Of a DNA stretch of 64,000 nucleotides, positions 18,178 through 26,951 are shown piece by piece. Location: assembly GCA_964651815.1 (NCBI GenBank), contig CAZYWG010000010.1, positions 1,377 through 65,376 of the forward strand, written 5' to 3'. The notes beneath the pieces were generated by a model. The model had not been told where the DNA came from and searched no databases. It saw only the letters and a list, made by a program, of their open reading frames with translations. How positions within the stretch are numbered: position 1 is the first letter of the stretch; each line of letters begins with the position of its first letter. The translations under genes and the position numbers were made by a program. Source of the DNA: an uncultured Gammaproteobacteria bacterium. GTDB taxonomy: Bacteria; Patescibacteriota; Microgenomatia; Levybacterales; GWA1-39-11.

Positions 18178-19962
18178 CTATATATCTTCTTTCAAAACGA
18201 CGTAATTTTCAAGTGCTAAAATATCAAGGCCTGATGTTTTAAAAGTGTTAAACGCATTTTCAGGACTATTTACAACCGGCTCTCCCTTCAAATTAAATGA
18301 CGTATTCATAAGGACGTAGACTCCTGTTTTTTTCCCAAACGAGGAAATTATATCGTAATAGCGTGAATTTTGCTTCCTGTTGATAATTTGGACGCGCCCA
18401 CTTCCGTCAACGTGAGTCACAGCAGGAATGATTTTTCTTTTTGATATTTTAACCGGAAAAACACCAAGCATAAATTGAGTCAAATATTTATGTTCTAATT
18501 TTCCTACTTCAAAGTAATCGCCGATTTTTCCTTCGAGAGTTACCGGTGCAAAAGGCCTATATGGTTCCCTGAATTTTATTTTTGTATTAACAATTTCCTT
18601 CATTTCTTCAGTTCTTGGAGAAGCCATAATAGACCGCGCTCCAAGCGCTCTTGGACCCCACTCGGCTCTACCATGAAAAAATCCAATCACTTTTTCTTTT
18701 GCTAAAGCGTCCGCCAGAAAATTCACGAGCTTTTTTTCATCAGGGATTTTTGTGAATTTTATTTTATTTTTGCGGAGAAACTTTTCTATCTCGGAATTAT
18801 CATATCCAATCCCAAAATAACAATTGTCTTGGACGAATTTCCGGGGATTATTTAGAATAGTGTGATACACAAATAATGCAGCACCCATTGAAGCTCCGTC
18901 ATCCCCTGCTGCCGGTTGGACAAATACTCTTTTGAAAGGTCCTTCCTGCAATAATACCCCGTTTGCAACGCTGTTAAGCCCCACTCCACCCGCGATAACC
19001 AGATTTTCCATTTTTGTTTTATTATGTAATTCATTCGCAAGGTTCAAAAGTTGTTCTTCAGTAAATTTCTGGATTGATGCGGCAATGTCTGCGTATTTTT
19101 GGTTTAAACGGCAAAGTTCTTCATAATTTTTAGGCTTGTCACCAAAGTATGAAGGATACCCTGAAGATTTTGTGAAGAAATATAAATCATGCGGACGGGG
19201 CTTCCCAAAAAGCTTTGCAAATTTTGCGTTGTAAGATTTATCAGCTGATTTGTGAAAACTAAAATATTCCATCTTTAAAGAATAAGAGCCGTCAGGATGC
19301 GAGTTTATGAGTTTGCGAACTTTTTCTAAATATTTTGGTTTTCCGTATGGCGCCATTCCCATAACTTTGTATTCCCCATCATTTACTTCAAACCCAAGAA
19401 AAGCTGTAAAAACAGAATACAAAAGTCCTATGCTATGTGGAAATTTTATTTCTTTTAAAACCGTAATTTTTTTACCTTTTCCTACACCCAAAGTTGTTGT
19501 AGTCCATTCTCCCACACCGTCAACTGTCAAAATTGCTGCTTCTTCAAAACCTGACGGATAAAACGCGGACGCCGCATGTGAAATATGGTGTGGGACAAAT
19601 AATATTTTTGAGGGGTCTATTTTTAGCTTGTCGGAAATGATAGATCTGACCCAAAGTTTGTCAGTTAAAAAATTTACCATTCCCTTTGCAAAAAGGCGGC
19701 TTGATACTGGATATGTTGAGAGCGCTGACATTAAAACCCTCTGGAATTTCCAAAAAGGTTTTTCATAAAAAACAATATGCTCTACGTCTTTTATTTTTAT
19801 TCCGGCAAACCTAAGACAAAAATCAATGGCAAGTTCCGGAAATTCACTGTCATGTTTTTTACGGCTGAATCTTTCTTCTGCACTGGCCGCAACAACGCGG
19901 CCGTCCTTTATAAGACAGACCGCCGCTTCATGATAAAAACAAGAGATTCCAAGAATATACAT
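18178..19962 (-). CDS. Carbamoyltransferase (NodU/CmcH/TobZ family). Start taken at the internal Met (MYILGISCFYHEAA...), not the first ATG at 20016.
   Basis: N-terminal ILGISCFYHEAAVCL...AASAEERFSRKKHD, and C-terminal YRPFAPV, VTHVDGSGRVQ, VLMNTSFN motifs. Confidence 0.75.
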   Translation of the reverse strand: MYILGISCFYHEAAVCLIKDGRVVAASAEERFSRKKHDSEFPELAIDFCLRFAGIKIKDVEHIVFYEKPFWKFQRVLMSALSTYPVSSRLFAKGMVNFLTDKLWVRSIISDKLKIDPSKILFVPHHISHAASAFYPSGFEEAAILTVDGVGEWTTTTLGVGKGKKITVLKEIKFPHSIGLLYSVFTAFLGFEVNDGEYKVMGMAPYGKPKYLEKVRKLINSHPDGSYSLKMEYFSFHKSADKSYNAKFAKLFGKPRPHDLYFFTKSSGYPSYFGDKPKNYEELCRLNQKYADIAASIQKFTEEQLLNLANELHNKTKMENLVIAGGVGLNSVANGVLLQEGPFKRVFVQPAAGDDGASMGAALFVYHTILNNPRKFVQDNCYFGIGYDNSEIEKFLRKNKIKFTKIPDEKKLVNFLADALAKEKVIGFFHGRAEWGPRALGARSIMASPRTEEMKEIVNTKIKFREPYRPFAPVTLEGKIGDYFEVGKLEHKYLTQFMLGVFPVKISKRKIIPAVTHVDGSGRVQIINRKQNSRYYDIISSFGKKTGVYVLMNTSFNLKGEPVVNSPENAFNTFKTSGLDILALENYVVLKEDI

Positions 19963-19963
19963 T

Positions 19964-20197
19964 TTAATATGGCTTTCGCGCCATCTCCAGACTTTCTTCA
20001 GGGTGTTCCCATTCATTAAAATTAGATTTTCTGTTTTTGGGTTTTATGTTAAGTGGATCAGAAAAATAACGGAGTATTAAACCTACAACGGACAGGACAA
20101 TAAAATAAAAAACTGTAAACAAAACTTGGGCTTGAAAATTTCCAATGATGTGGGCAAAACTAAGCCATTTCTTCCATGCACTTTTTAATAACTTCAT
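19964..20197 (-). CDS. Small membrane protein (77 aa) of the type commonly encoded next to carbamoyltransferases
   Basis: Single TM with a basic tail. Tightly coupled to neighbours on both sides. Confidence 0.45.
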   Translation of the reverse strand: MKLLKSAWKKWLSFAHIIGNFQAQVLFTVFYFIVLSVVGLILRYFSDPLNIKPKNRKSNFNEWEHPEESLEMARKPY

Positions 20198-21327
20198 TTC
20201 TTCATATCTCTTAGACTTTTTACGATTGGGACAATTTTATCATAAAGTTTGTCTGCCGCAAGAGCATGGACGTACTCATTTGGATGGGAATCAAAATTAT
20301 TTACCATAAGGCTGGTATTTTTTGTTTTAACAAGATATGGCTCGAGGTCTATAACCTCGTCATTCTGCTTTTTAAAATATGCATCCATTGTGTGATGAAT
20401 CCCAGCCGCCGGGTAATTTTTGTTGAGCAAAAAAAGGAATGGGAAAACAACAACAACTACCTTGTGTGTTGTGGTATTTTGTTGTAATACCGCTGAGAAA
20501 GTTGCTACATCATCAAGGTGCATACGCAGAACAGGCGAGTTTGTGAATTGTGAAAGATCTGCAATTCTCAAATCGCGGAATGTATTGCCGTATGTTGGGG
20601 AAAGTTTCCAATAAGCGTAGTCAAAGAAAAAAGACTGATCCAAGAAAAAATGCATGACCGGATTTATGCTATTAAACCTTTTTAAGATTATGCTTCCACC
20701 AGTACTCCCTTTACACGGCTGAATATCATTTGGGTAATACTCCCAAACTATCAGGTCAAAATTTAGTTGTTTGACGCGGTTAAATTCTATGATTTCAGAG
20801 CATGTATCAAGACCTGAAACACCCATGTTAAAAACTTCTGTTTTAAACCCGTGATCATTTAATTTTTTCTCAAGCAAATTTGAAAAACGGTTGTTTACAT
20901 TTTTGATCCCGTACCCCATTGCTAAAGAATCTCCAACAACACCAATCCTTATGACCCCAGCCTTTTTGGCGAGTTGAAAATCGCGGTCGCGATAACCGTA
21001 GGTATTAAAAACTACGTGTCTTGCCATCCATCTAACATTTGTGTCAAGAAATCCAAGACCGTCGGACTGGTCGTATCTGTAACGGAAATAAGCCTCAAAT
21101 CCACTGAAGATTAAAATTAAGAGAAAAAGTGCAAAAAACGCCGCAATTAGTTTTTTTTTACTCTCTTCTGAGAGCCTAGACTTGAAGATTTTATTGGCAA
21201 AATAAATTAGGAAAACAAATGACGCAAAAATAAGGACCAGGAAAACTTTAAAATCATTCAAAAAATAAGATAAATGCGCCCAAATCTTAAACATCATAGA
21301 ATCCCTAAATGATAGATAAATACCCAA
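20194..21327 (-). CDS. Membrane-anchored SGNH/GDSL-family hydrolase or acyl-esterase
   Basis: IGVVGDSLAMGYG (GDS(L) nucleophile motif) after an N-terminal TM. Confidence 0.55.
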   Translation of the reverse strand: MGIYLSFRDSMMFKIWAHLSYFLNDFKVFLVLIFASFVFLIYFANKIFKSRLSEESKKKLIAAFFALFLLILIFSGFEAYFRYRYDQSDGLGFLDTNVRWMARHVVFNTYGYRDRDFQLAKKAGVIRIGVVGDSLAMGYGIKNVNNRFSNLLEKKLNDHGFKTEVFNMGVSGLDTCSEIIEFNRVKQLNFDLIVWEYYPNDIQPCKGSTGGSIILKRFNSINPVMHFFLDQSFFFDYAYWKLSPTYGNTFRDLRIADLSQFTNSPVLRMHLDDVATFSAVLQQNTTTHKVVVVVFPFLFLLNKNYPAAGIHHTMDAYFKKQNDEVIDLEPYLVKTKNTSLMVNNFDSHPNEYVHALAADKLYDKIVPIVKSLRDMKK

Positions 21328-21391
21328 AGCAAATCAAGAGCCTCTTTGACAACAAATTCTAGTAAAAATTTGCTACAATTGATATTCCCGA

Positions 21392-22633
21392 ATGGATAAT
21401 TCAACCGAAGGTCGATACCCCGCCTTAAAATATTCAGACTTTAGATATTTCTGGTTTGGGCAATTTGTCTCCAATATTGGGACGCAGATGCAGATTGTCG
21501 CGCTCAATTGGCATATTTATGTCCTGACCGGATCAGCCGTTGCGCTTGGAATAATTGGCCTCTCCAGATTTATTCCAATTGTAATTTTTTCCCTAATTGG
21601 TGGAAGTTTTGCAGACGTACACAATAGAAAAGTAGTTCAATTCATTACACAAAGCACTCTCGCTTTTCTCTCTCTGGTTCTGGCTTTCACAACTTTTACT
21701 CATACCGTAAATCCTTTGATAATTTATGCTGTGACAATTTTATCTGCAGTAGTTTTATCTTTTGATATGCCGGCGCGTCAGTCTTTAGTCCCAAATTTAG
21801 TTGATAAAAAACATCTTCCCTCTGCTATGAGCCTTAATTTTATTATGTTTCAGACAGCGCTTGTCATTGGACCTGCGATTGGCGGATTCCTCATTGGTTA
21901 TGCGGGTCTTGCACCAATATACGGAATTAACGCGATTTCTTTTGGCGCAGTAATAATATCTCTACTGCTACTTAAAAATAACGGCGAACCAATCCACCGC
22001 GGCGAAGCACCTACAATTTCTTTTGCTTCAATGTTTGAAGGTCTCAAATTTGTCAGAAGTAAAACTCTCATTTGGTCAACAATGATCCTTGATTTCTTCT
22101 CAACTTTTTTTGCGTCAGCAACTGTTATTCTTCCAATTTTTGCAAAAGATATTTTAAAAGTTGGACCTGAAGGCCTTGGAATTTTATATTCAGCCCCATC
22201 AGTTGGCGCTGTTTTAATGGGTCTTGTACTTGCCAACACTCACAAAATGAAAAACCAGGGAAAAATTCTTTTAGTCTCAGTTGCCGTTTTTGGCGTCGCA
22301 ACTATTGTCTTTGGACTTTCCCATAATTTTCTGCTTTCTGTTGCGGCACTTTCTGTAGTAGGTGCTGGAGATTCTGTCTCGACTATTATTAGGAATGTTA
22401 TCCGCAATATAGAAACTCCCGATTCAATCCGTGGACGCATGACTTCAATCAACATGATTTTCTTTATGGGAGGGCCCCAACTTGGAGAATTCGAGGCAGG
22501 AATTTTGGCTGCTGCCGTTGGGGGACCATTGTCTGTTGTTGTAGGAGGAATTGGGACTTTAATAGTAGTGAGCGCCGTAACCTTTTTTATTCCGCAAGTC
22601 AGGGCCTACCAAAACCATGAAGATAAAAGCTAG
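21392..22633 (+). CDS. MFS transporter
   Basis: 12 TM with N-terminal FRYFWFGQFVSNIGTQMQ signature. Confidence 0.65.
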   Translation: MDNSTEGRYPALKYSDFRYFWFGQFVSNIGTQMQIVALNWHIYVLTGSAVALGIIGLSRFIPIVIFSLIGGSFADVHNRKVVQFITQSTLAFLSLVLAFTTFTHTVNPLIIYAVTILSAVVLSFDMPARQSLVPNLVDKKHLPSAMSLNFIMFQTALVIGPAIGGFLIGYAGLAPIYGINAISFGAVIISLLLLKNNGEPIHRGEAPTISFASMFEGLKFVRSKTLIWSTMILDFFSTFFASATVILPIFAKDILKVGPEGLGILYSAPSVGAVLMGLVLANTHKMKNQGKILLVSVAVFGVATIVFGLSHNFLLSVAALSVVGAGDSVSTIIRNVIRNIETPDSIRGRMTSINMIFFMGGPQLGEFEAGILAAAVGGPLSVVVGGIGTLIVVSAVTFFIPQVRAYQNHEDKS

Positions 22634-23592
22634 GCTGCTTCTTGGGCTTGCGAAGATGAAGCTCTTTTTGCCAATCTGCCTTCAATCCACCATCTTGGAT
22701 AAGTCAGCTCGGTCTTTGGATTTCTAACTTTGTGTTCATCCCCTAATTTTCTAATTGATGAAATCAGTCCTTGGCTTTCTCTTGCAATTAAACGTTCGTG
22801 ATAATTATCTCCTGCAGGGACTTCTTCCTCCGGTACAATAAAATCTCCACACATTCCTTCAACAAAAGTCTCATAGCCGGAAATGCTTTCCATAAGTGGC
22901 ACGCCTACATGAACCAACTCGTCGTGTCTTGAAATCATTCTAAAACCTGCATTATTAAACTGTTTTGCATAATGGATCAAAGGAAGCGGATTAAAAGATT
23001 TTTCCCGGTCGCGTCCCGCTTTAAGTTCTTTTCTGGTTTCTACTTTCCACCTACCCCAATAAGACATAACATCCTGTGGCATAGATTCTTCCATAAATGT
23101 GCTATTCCAAATTAATACTCCGTCATCTGCCAAATATTCAGCAAGCTCTTTTAAATCTTCCTCTCTTTCTTCATCGGGAATTTCATGAATGGCGTTACCT
23201 ATAACAATTACATCCAGGCTCCCTTTCTTTATATGTCCTGAAAGATCTTTTGCAGTACCTTGAAAAAAACTTACCTCCCTTTCTCCATCACTTTTGACGG
23301 TTTGCCGCGCCACTTCTACTGATCTAGCATTGGGATCACACCCCATGATTGTTGCTTTTCCCCAAGATAAGTCACGAGCGAGACTTGCCATAAGTCCTGT
23401 CCCACAACCGTAGTCAAGAACTCGGACACCGGGTTTTTGGAAAAGATCGGCATTGCGCCTCATAAAACTCTGATTTATGGAAACATATTGGGGATCTTCT
23501 GCGGTTGTTTCATACTTAGGCTCAACACGGTTAATTCCACCTGTACCTTCTACTGGTCTTCCTGGTTGTGCTGCACTTTTTTCTGTTGTCAT
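22630..23592 (-). CDS. Class I SAM-dependent methyltransferase
   Basis: VLDYGCGTGLMASLA motif I; DVIVIGNAIHE motif. Confidence 0.65.
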   Translation of the reverse strand: MTTEKSAAQPGRPVEGTGGINRVEPKYETTAEDPQYVSINQSFMRRNADLFQKPGVRVLDYGCGTGLMASLARDLSWGKATIMGCDPNARSVEVARQTVKSDGEREVSFFQGTAKDLSGHIKKGSLDVIVIGNAIHEIPDEEREEDLKELAEYLADDGVLIWNSTFMEESMPQDVMSYWGRWKVETRKELKAGRDREKSFNPLPLIHYAKQFNNAGFRMISRHDELVHVGVPLMESISGYETFVEGMCGDFIVPEEEVPAGDNYHERLIARESQGLISSIRKLGDEHKVRNPKTELTYPRWWIEGRLAKRASSSQAQEAA

Positions 23593-23626
23593 AATGTTTT
23601 GTTTATATCAATCTTAGGATTTGAAA

Positions 23627-24664
23627 TTAAGCATATATCAATAGCCCTGAATCATCAACTCGAGGTTCTTCACCTTTTCCTACCATTGGTAAAACAAATC
23701 CGGTTTCCGTCATATTCGGACTAAGTAAATGGGCGATCACTTCCCCAACTTCACCACGTTTAAGACCTCTTTCTGCATCTGTTGCTATTCGTATATCTTC
23801 TGCTTGCTCGGGTGTAACATCAGCAACCAGTTCTGTGCCAGGAACAAGTCCAGGCGCAAGAATATTAATCCCTATTTTCTCTGTTGGAGGAAAATTCTTA
23901 AGCTCAAGTGCTACGTCTTTCAGAAGACTCTCAAAAAACGCCTTTGGCGGACCATAAGAAGGTTGAACAACAGTGTGTGCAGCTGCAACGCTCGAAATAT
24001 AAACAAATCTTCCACTTCTCTGCTTGACCATTTGTTTTATAACTGCATGTGTTAGCTCTAATGGGGCATTCAAGTTAATCACCAATTCAGCTTTAAATTC
24101 ATCAAGTGGAAAACGGAAAAACGCTTTATCCTTTCTGCGGGCGGCAACCTGAACAAATCCATCAACCCTTTCAAATTTGTTCAAAGTAACTTCCATTATT
24201 CTTTCAGTCTCGCCGGGTTCTGTAATATCTGATGGAATCCATAATGAGTCTCGCCCGCTAAGTTTAGAAGCTTTACCCATAAGCTCTTTTACATCATCAG
24301 ATTCACTTGACTGTCTTGAAACTCCAACTACTCTTGCGCCGCGGCGTGCAGCTGATAGCAATCCGGCTTCACCTATCCCTCCTCTTGCTCCAATAAAAAG
24401 AACAACTTGATCAGCAAGATCCTGAGTAACAATTGCCTCTTTATTTCTGGCGTGTGAATATCCCGTGTCTTCTAATTGTCGATCGTAATATGGAGTATTT
24501 ATACCATATAATGTATTAGGTACTGCCTCAAACAATGGTTTTTCACCAAATGGAGAGGGCCTTCTTCCGCCTCTTTCGCGTCTTGCTTCACCCCGGGTTT
24601 TTGCTTGAGATTGTTCCGCTCCGTCTGGTGCACCTGGTTGCGGCATGTCTTTTGGCATTGTCAT
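23627..24664 (-). CDS. SDR-family oxidoreductase with charged N-terminal extension
   Basis: VLFIGARGGIGEAG Rossmann motif; YGPPKAF (YxxxK). Confidence 0.55.
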   Translation of the reverse strand: MTMPKDMPQPGAPDGAEQSQAKTRGEARRERGGRRPSPFGEKPLFEAVPNTLYGINTPYYDRQLEDTGYSHARNKEAIVTQDLADQVVLFIGARGGIGEAGLLSAARRGARVVGVSRQSSESDDVKELMGKASKLSGRDSLWIPSDITEPGETERIMEVTLNKFERVDGFVQVAARRKDKAFFRFPLDEFKAELVINLNAPLELTHAVIKQMVKQRSGRFVYISSVAAAHTVVQPSYGPPKAFFESLLKDVALELKNFPPTEKIGINILAPGLVPGTELVADVTPEQAEDIRIATDAERGLKRGEVGEVIAHLLSPNMTETGFVLPMVGKGEEPRVDDSGLLIYA

Positions 24665-25551
24665 TATTGACTCCCTCCTCTTAAGCTTTCTGCTCGTGCT
24701 ATCTCCCTTTCGATAACTTTATTTAATGTACTCGCAGGAAACATTAACATATCCATTCTTTTAACTTCCGCAATTTTTCCTCTGGATGAAAATGTAGATG
24801 TACCACCTGATACTACCCTGTCTACTTTACTTACGACAGGTCTCATGACAAGATAATCCCCTAACTGTGCTCTTGAGGAAAATGTTGCATCATAAAAATC
24901 CGTGAACATAGGAAGATTAGCAAGAGCACTATCAAAATCACCGTTTGCTGTCCCCGCTGCTTGTGCTGCGCGTTCAATTTCCTGAGTTGGGAGGGTTCCC
25001 GTAAGCCCTTCATATTCTGCAAGATCAACTACCTTAAACTTCATGCCCTCAATAGTTGAAAGCTTTGAATTAGTATTTGTTTTAACAGTTGCATTATACA
25101 CCGGACGCTCCAGATCATTTACAGTTCTTTCCAGGTCTATCCCCATCATTGCACCTTCAACAATTATATTTTCAAAGTGTCCGTGTTCAATACTTTCCGG
25201 CATTAAAGTTTTTCCCGGATGTACATTCTGATATCTATTTTGAGCGAGCTCAATAGCAGCTTGTGTCCTTTTCCATGCCGGCACAACTCTAAAATGACCT
25301 ACAATAAGATCCGGGGTGATTAAAATTTGTGTTGAGGAACCCGCAGTATTTCCTTCCGCATTTTTTACAAACCTTATACCTGACTCTGCAATTTGATCTG
25401 CGGTTACTGCTGCTTGTACAAAATCTCTTCCCCAACCTCTGTCAACGTATATTGCGCTCTCTGCTTGATATATTCCACCCAGAACAGTTCTTAGATTTAC
25501 TCCGCTTGGGATTTCTGGGTGTGCTCCGGGTATTTCTCCTGTCATTGTCAT
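24664..25551 (-). CDS. Hypothetical protein (295 aa)
   Basis: No recognisable motif. Co-oriented and abutting its neighbours. Confidence 0.4.
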   Translation of the reverse strand: MTMTGEIPGAHPEIPSGVNLRTVLGGIYQAESAIYVDRGWGRDFVQAAVTADQIAESGIRFVKNAEGNTAGSSTQILITPDLIVGHFRVVPAWKRTQAAIELAQNRYQNVHPGKTLMPESIEHGHFENIIVEGAMMGIDLERTVNDLERPVYNATVKTNTNSKLSTIEGMKFKVVDLAEYEGLTGTLPTQEIERAAQAAGTANGDFDSALANLPMFTDFYDATFSSRAQLGDYLVMRPVVSKVDRVVSGGTSTFSSRGKIAEVKRMDMLMFPASTLNKVIEREIARAESLRGGSQ

Positions 25552-25593
25552 ATTAATTTTGTGTTTATATCAATTTATCCTATCTTTGTCAAT

Positions 25594-26664
25594 TTACAGA
25601 GGTATTTTTACTTTATAAATCGAGCTATCCTTTGGTAATTCATGCGCTATTTGTCCTCCAGGTCCAAATACATACAATTCTTCTGGGTATGAACCCCATT
25701 TTGTGGGGTCACTTTCAAGAACCATTCTCGTTGCCTTTGCCATATCTTGTTTTAGGATAAAACCTTCCTCCGCCTGCACCCTCTCCTCAGGAGATAACAA
25801 TTTAAAGAAAACCCCTAGATTACCTCCCACACCTGTGTCTACAATTAAGTGTCCTGGAATAACTGCTAAATATTTCTTCTTTTCTGCATAACTTGGTGCA
25901 ACCTCTCGAATCCATGAATGGAGCTTGAATTTTGGACCCTCTATTACGTGATAAAAGTTTGGAACTACCATACCATCCGGCCTTGCTCCCCAAATACTGT
26001 TATAGTCTATCCCCATTCCACCCTCAGGTAGCATTTCAAGTACTCCCTCAAATAATGCTTTAGGACCGTTGAAATTTACATCAAGTGAACCAGGCATACT
26101 CTCTTCGACTCCTGCTTGAATTATTTCATGAACAGGAGCGAGTCTTCTATCTCTTTCTTCCCCTTGATACCTTGAAGCAACTTCTATTTGAAGAGGAATT
26201 CTCCTTAAGAAACCACCCATTCCACCTGCTGCTGAATGCACAAAATCTGTTATGCCGCTTCTGCTCAAAATATCAAGAGTGCTATTAACCTGATCCATAT
26301 CGCCCAAATTAGCAGCCAAAACTGGAACATCTCGTCGTCCCAGAGTCACTAACGCAGGGACTATATTTTCACTTCCTACAGAACTTGCACCAAGAATCAA
26401 TTCTCCACCTAACGCATCTATCATTTGGGCTGTGAATAAACCGCTCCCTGATGTTCCTCCAGAAACAAATATTTTTCTCCCGGCAAGTGGTCTTCTTTCA
26501 CGGTCCTCCTGAGATACAATTCTGTCTATAAATGATAATTGCACGTTTCTTCTTTCTTTAGCACTTCCAGCTTTGGGTACAATTTTCCTAGCTTCTATTT
26601 CAGCTGAAAATTTTGAAGCGGCATCACCTAATCCTGCATATTCTGGGCCAATTAACATTGTCAT
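25594..26664 (-). CDS. Rossmann-fold protein with weak resemblance to trans-2-enoyl-CoA reductase (FabV/Ter)-type N-terminus
   Basis: KIFVSGGTSGSGLFTAQMI resembles the FabV GASxGYGLA motif. Weak. Confidence 0.35.
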   Translation of the reverse strand: MTMLIGPEYAGLGDAASKFSAEIEARKIVPKAGSAKERRNVQLSFIDRIVSQEDRERRPLAGRKIFVSGGTSGSGLFTAQMIDALGGELILGASSVGSENIVPALVTLGRRDVPVLAANLGDMDQVNSTLDILSRSGITDFVHSAAGGMGGFLRRIPLQIEVASRYQGEERDRRLAPVHEIIQAGVEESMPGSLDVNFNGPKALFEGVLEMLPEGGMGIDYNSIWGARPDGMVVPNFYHVIEGPKFKLHSWIREVAPSYAEKKKYLAVIPGHLIVDTGVGGNLGVFFKLLSPEERVQAEEGFILKQDMAKATRMVLESDPTKWGSYPEELYVFGPGGQIAHELPKDSSIYKVKIPL

Positions 26665-26951
26665 AGAATACGTTTATATCAGTAGGACAGGCTAAAATCA
26701 AGAGGTAGACATTACCAATTTTATGGAAGCAATATTACAGAAACCCGCTCTTAAAATTCTTGCATTTGCAACAAAGGGCGTTTACCCTGAGAGGATTCGA
26801 AGGGTTAAGATTTTGGAGTGACTGATTCAGGGGGACGCCCAACGAACTGTTGGAGGGGGAGGCTTTCCCCCGATGAGGGAACGAGAAAATTAGCCCGACT
26901 TGCAAGCAAGAGAGCTTTTGGTTCTTTTGTCGGCACAAAAGAACAAGAAAA
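26665..26951 (-). ncRNA. GC-rich, highly structured 287-nt leader or independent RNA upstream of 25594..26664 (candidate riboswitch or ncRNA)
   Basis: Nested GGGGGA/TCCCCC, AGGGT/ACCCT and GCCGAC/GTCGGC stems in an otherwise AT-rich genome. Only junk ORFs overlap it. Confidence 0.35.

Noticed and set aside
18178-20016. 53-nt overlap of carbamoyltransferase with the upstream small ORF
   Set aside because: Conserved carbamoyltransferase N-terminus begins at MYILGISCFY (19962). The extension is probably not real.
26665-26951. Possible RNase P RNA (ACAGAAACCCGCTCTTA on plus; AAGTCGGGCT on minus)
   Set aside because: The two motifs are on opposite strands and the region is too short (287 nt). 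Kept only as a candidate structured leader or ncRNA.
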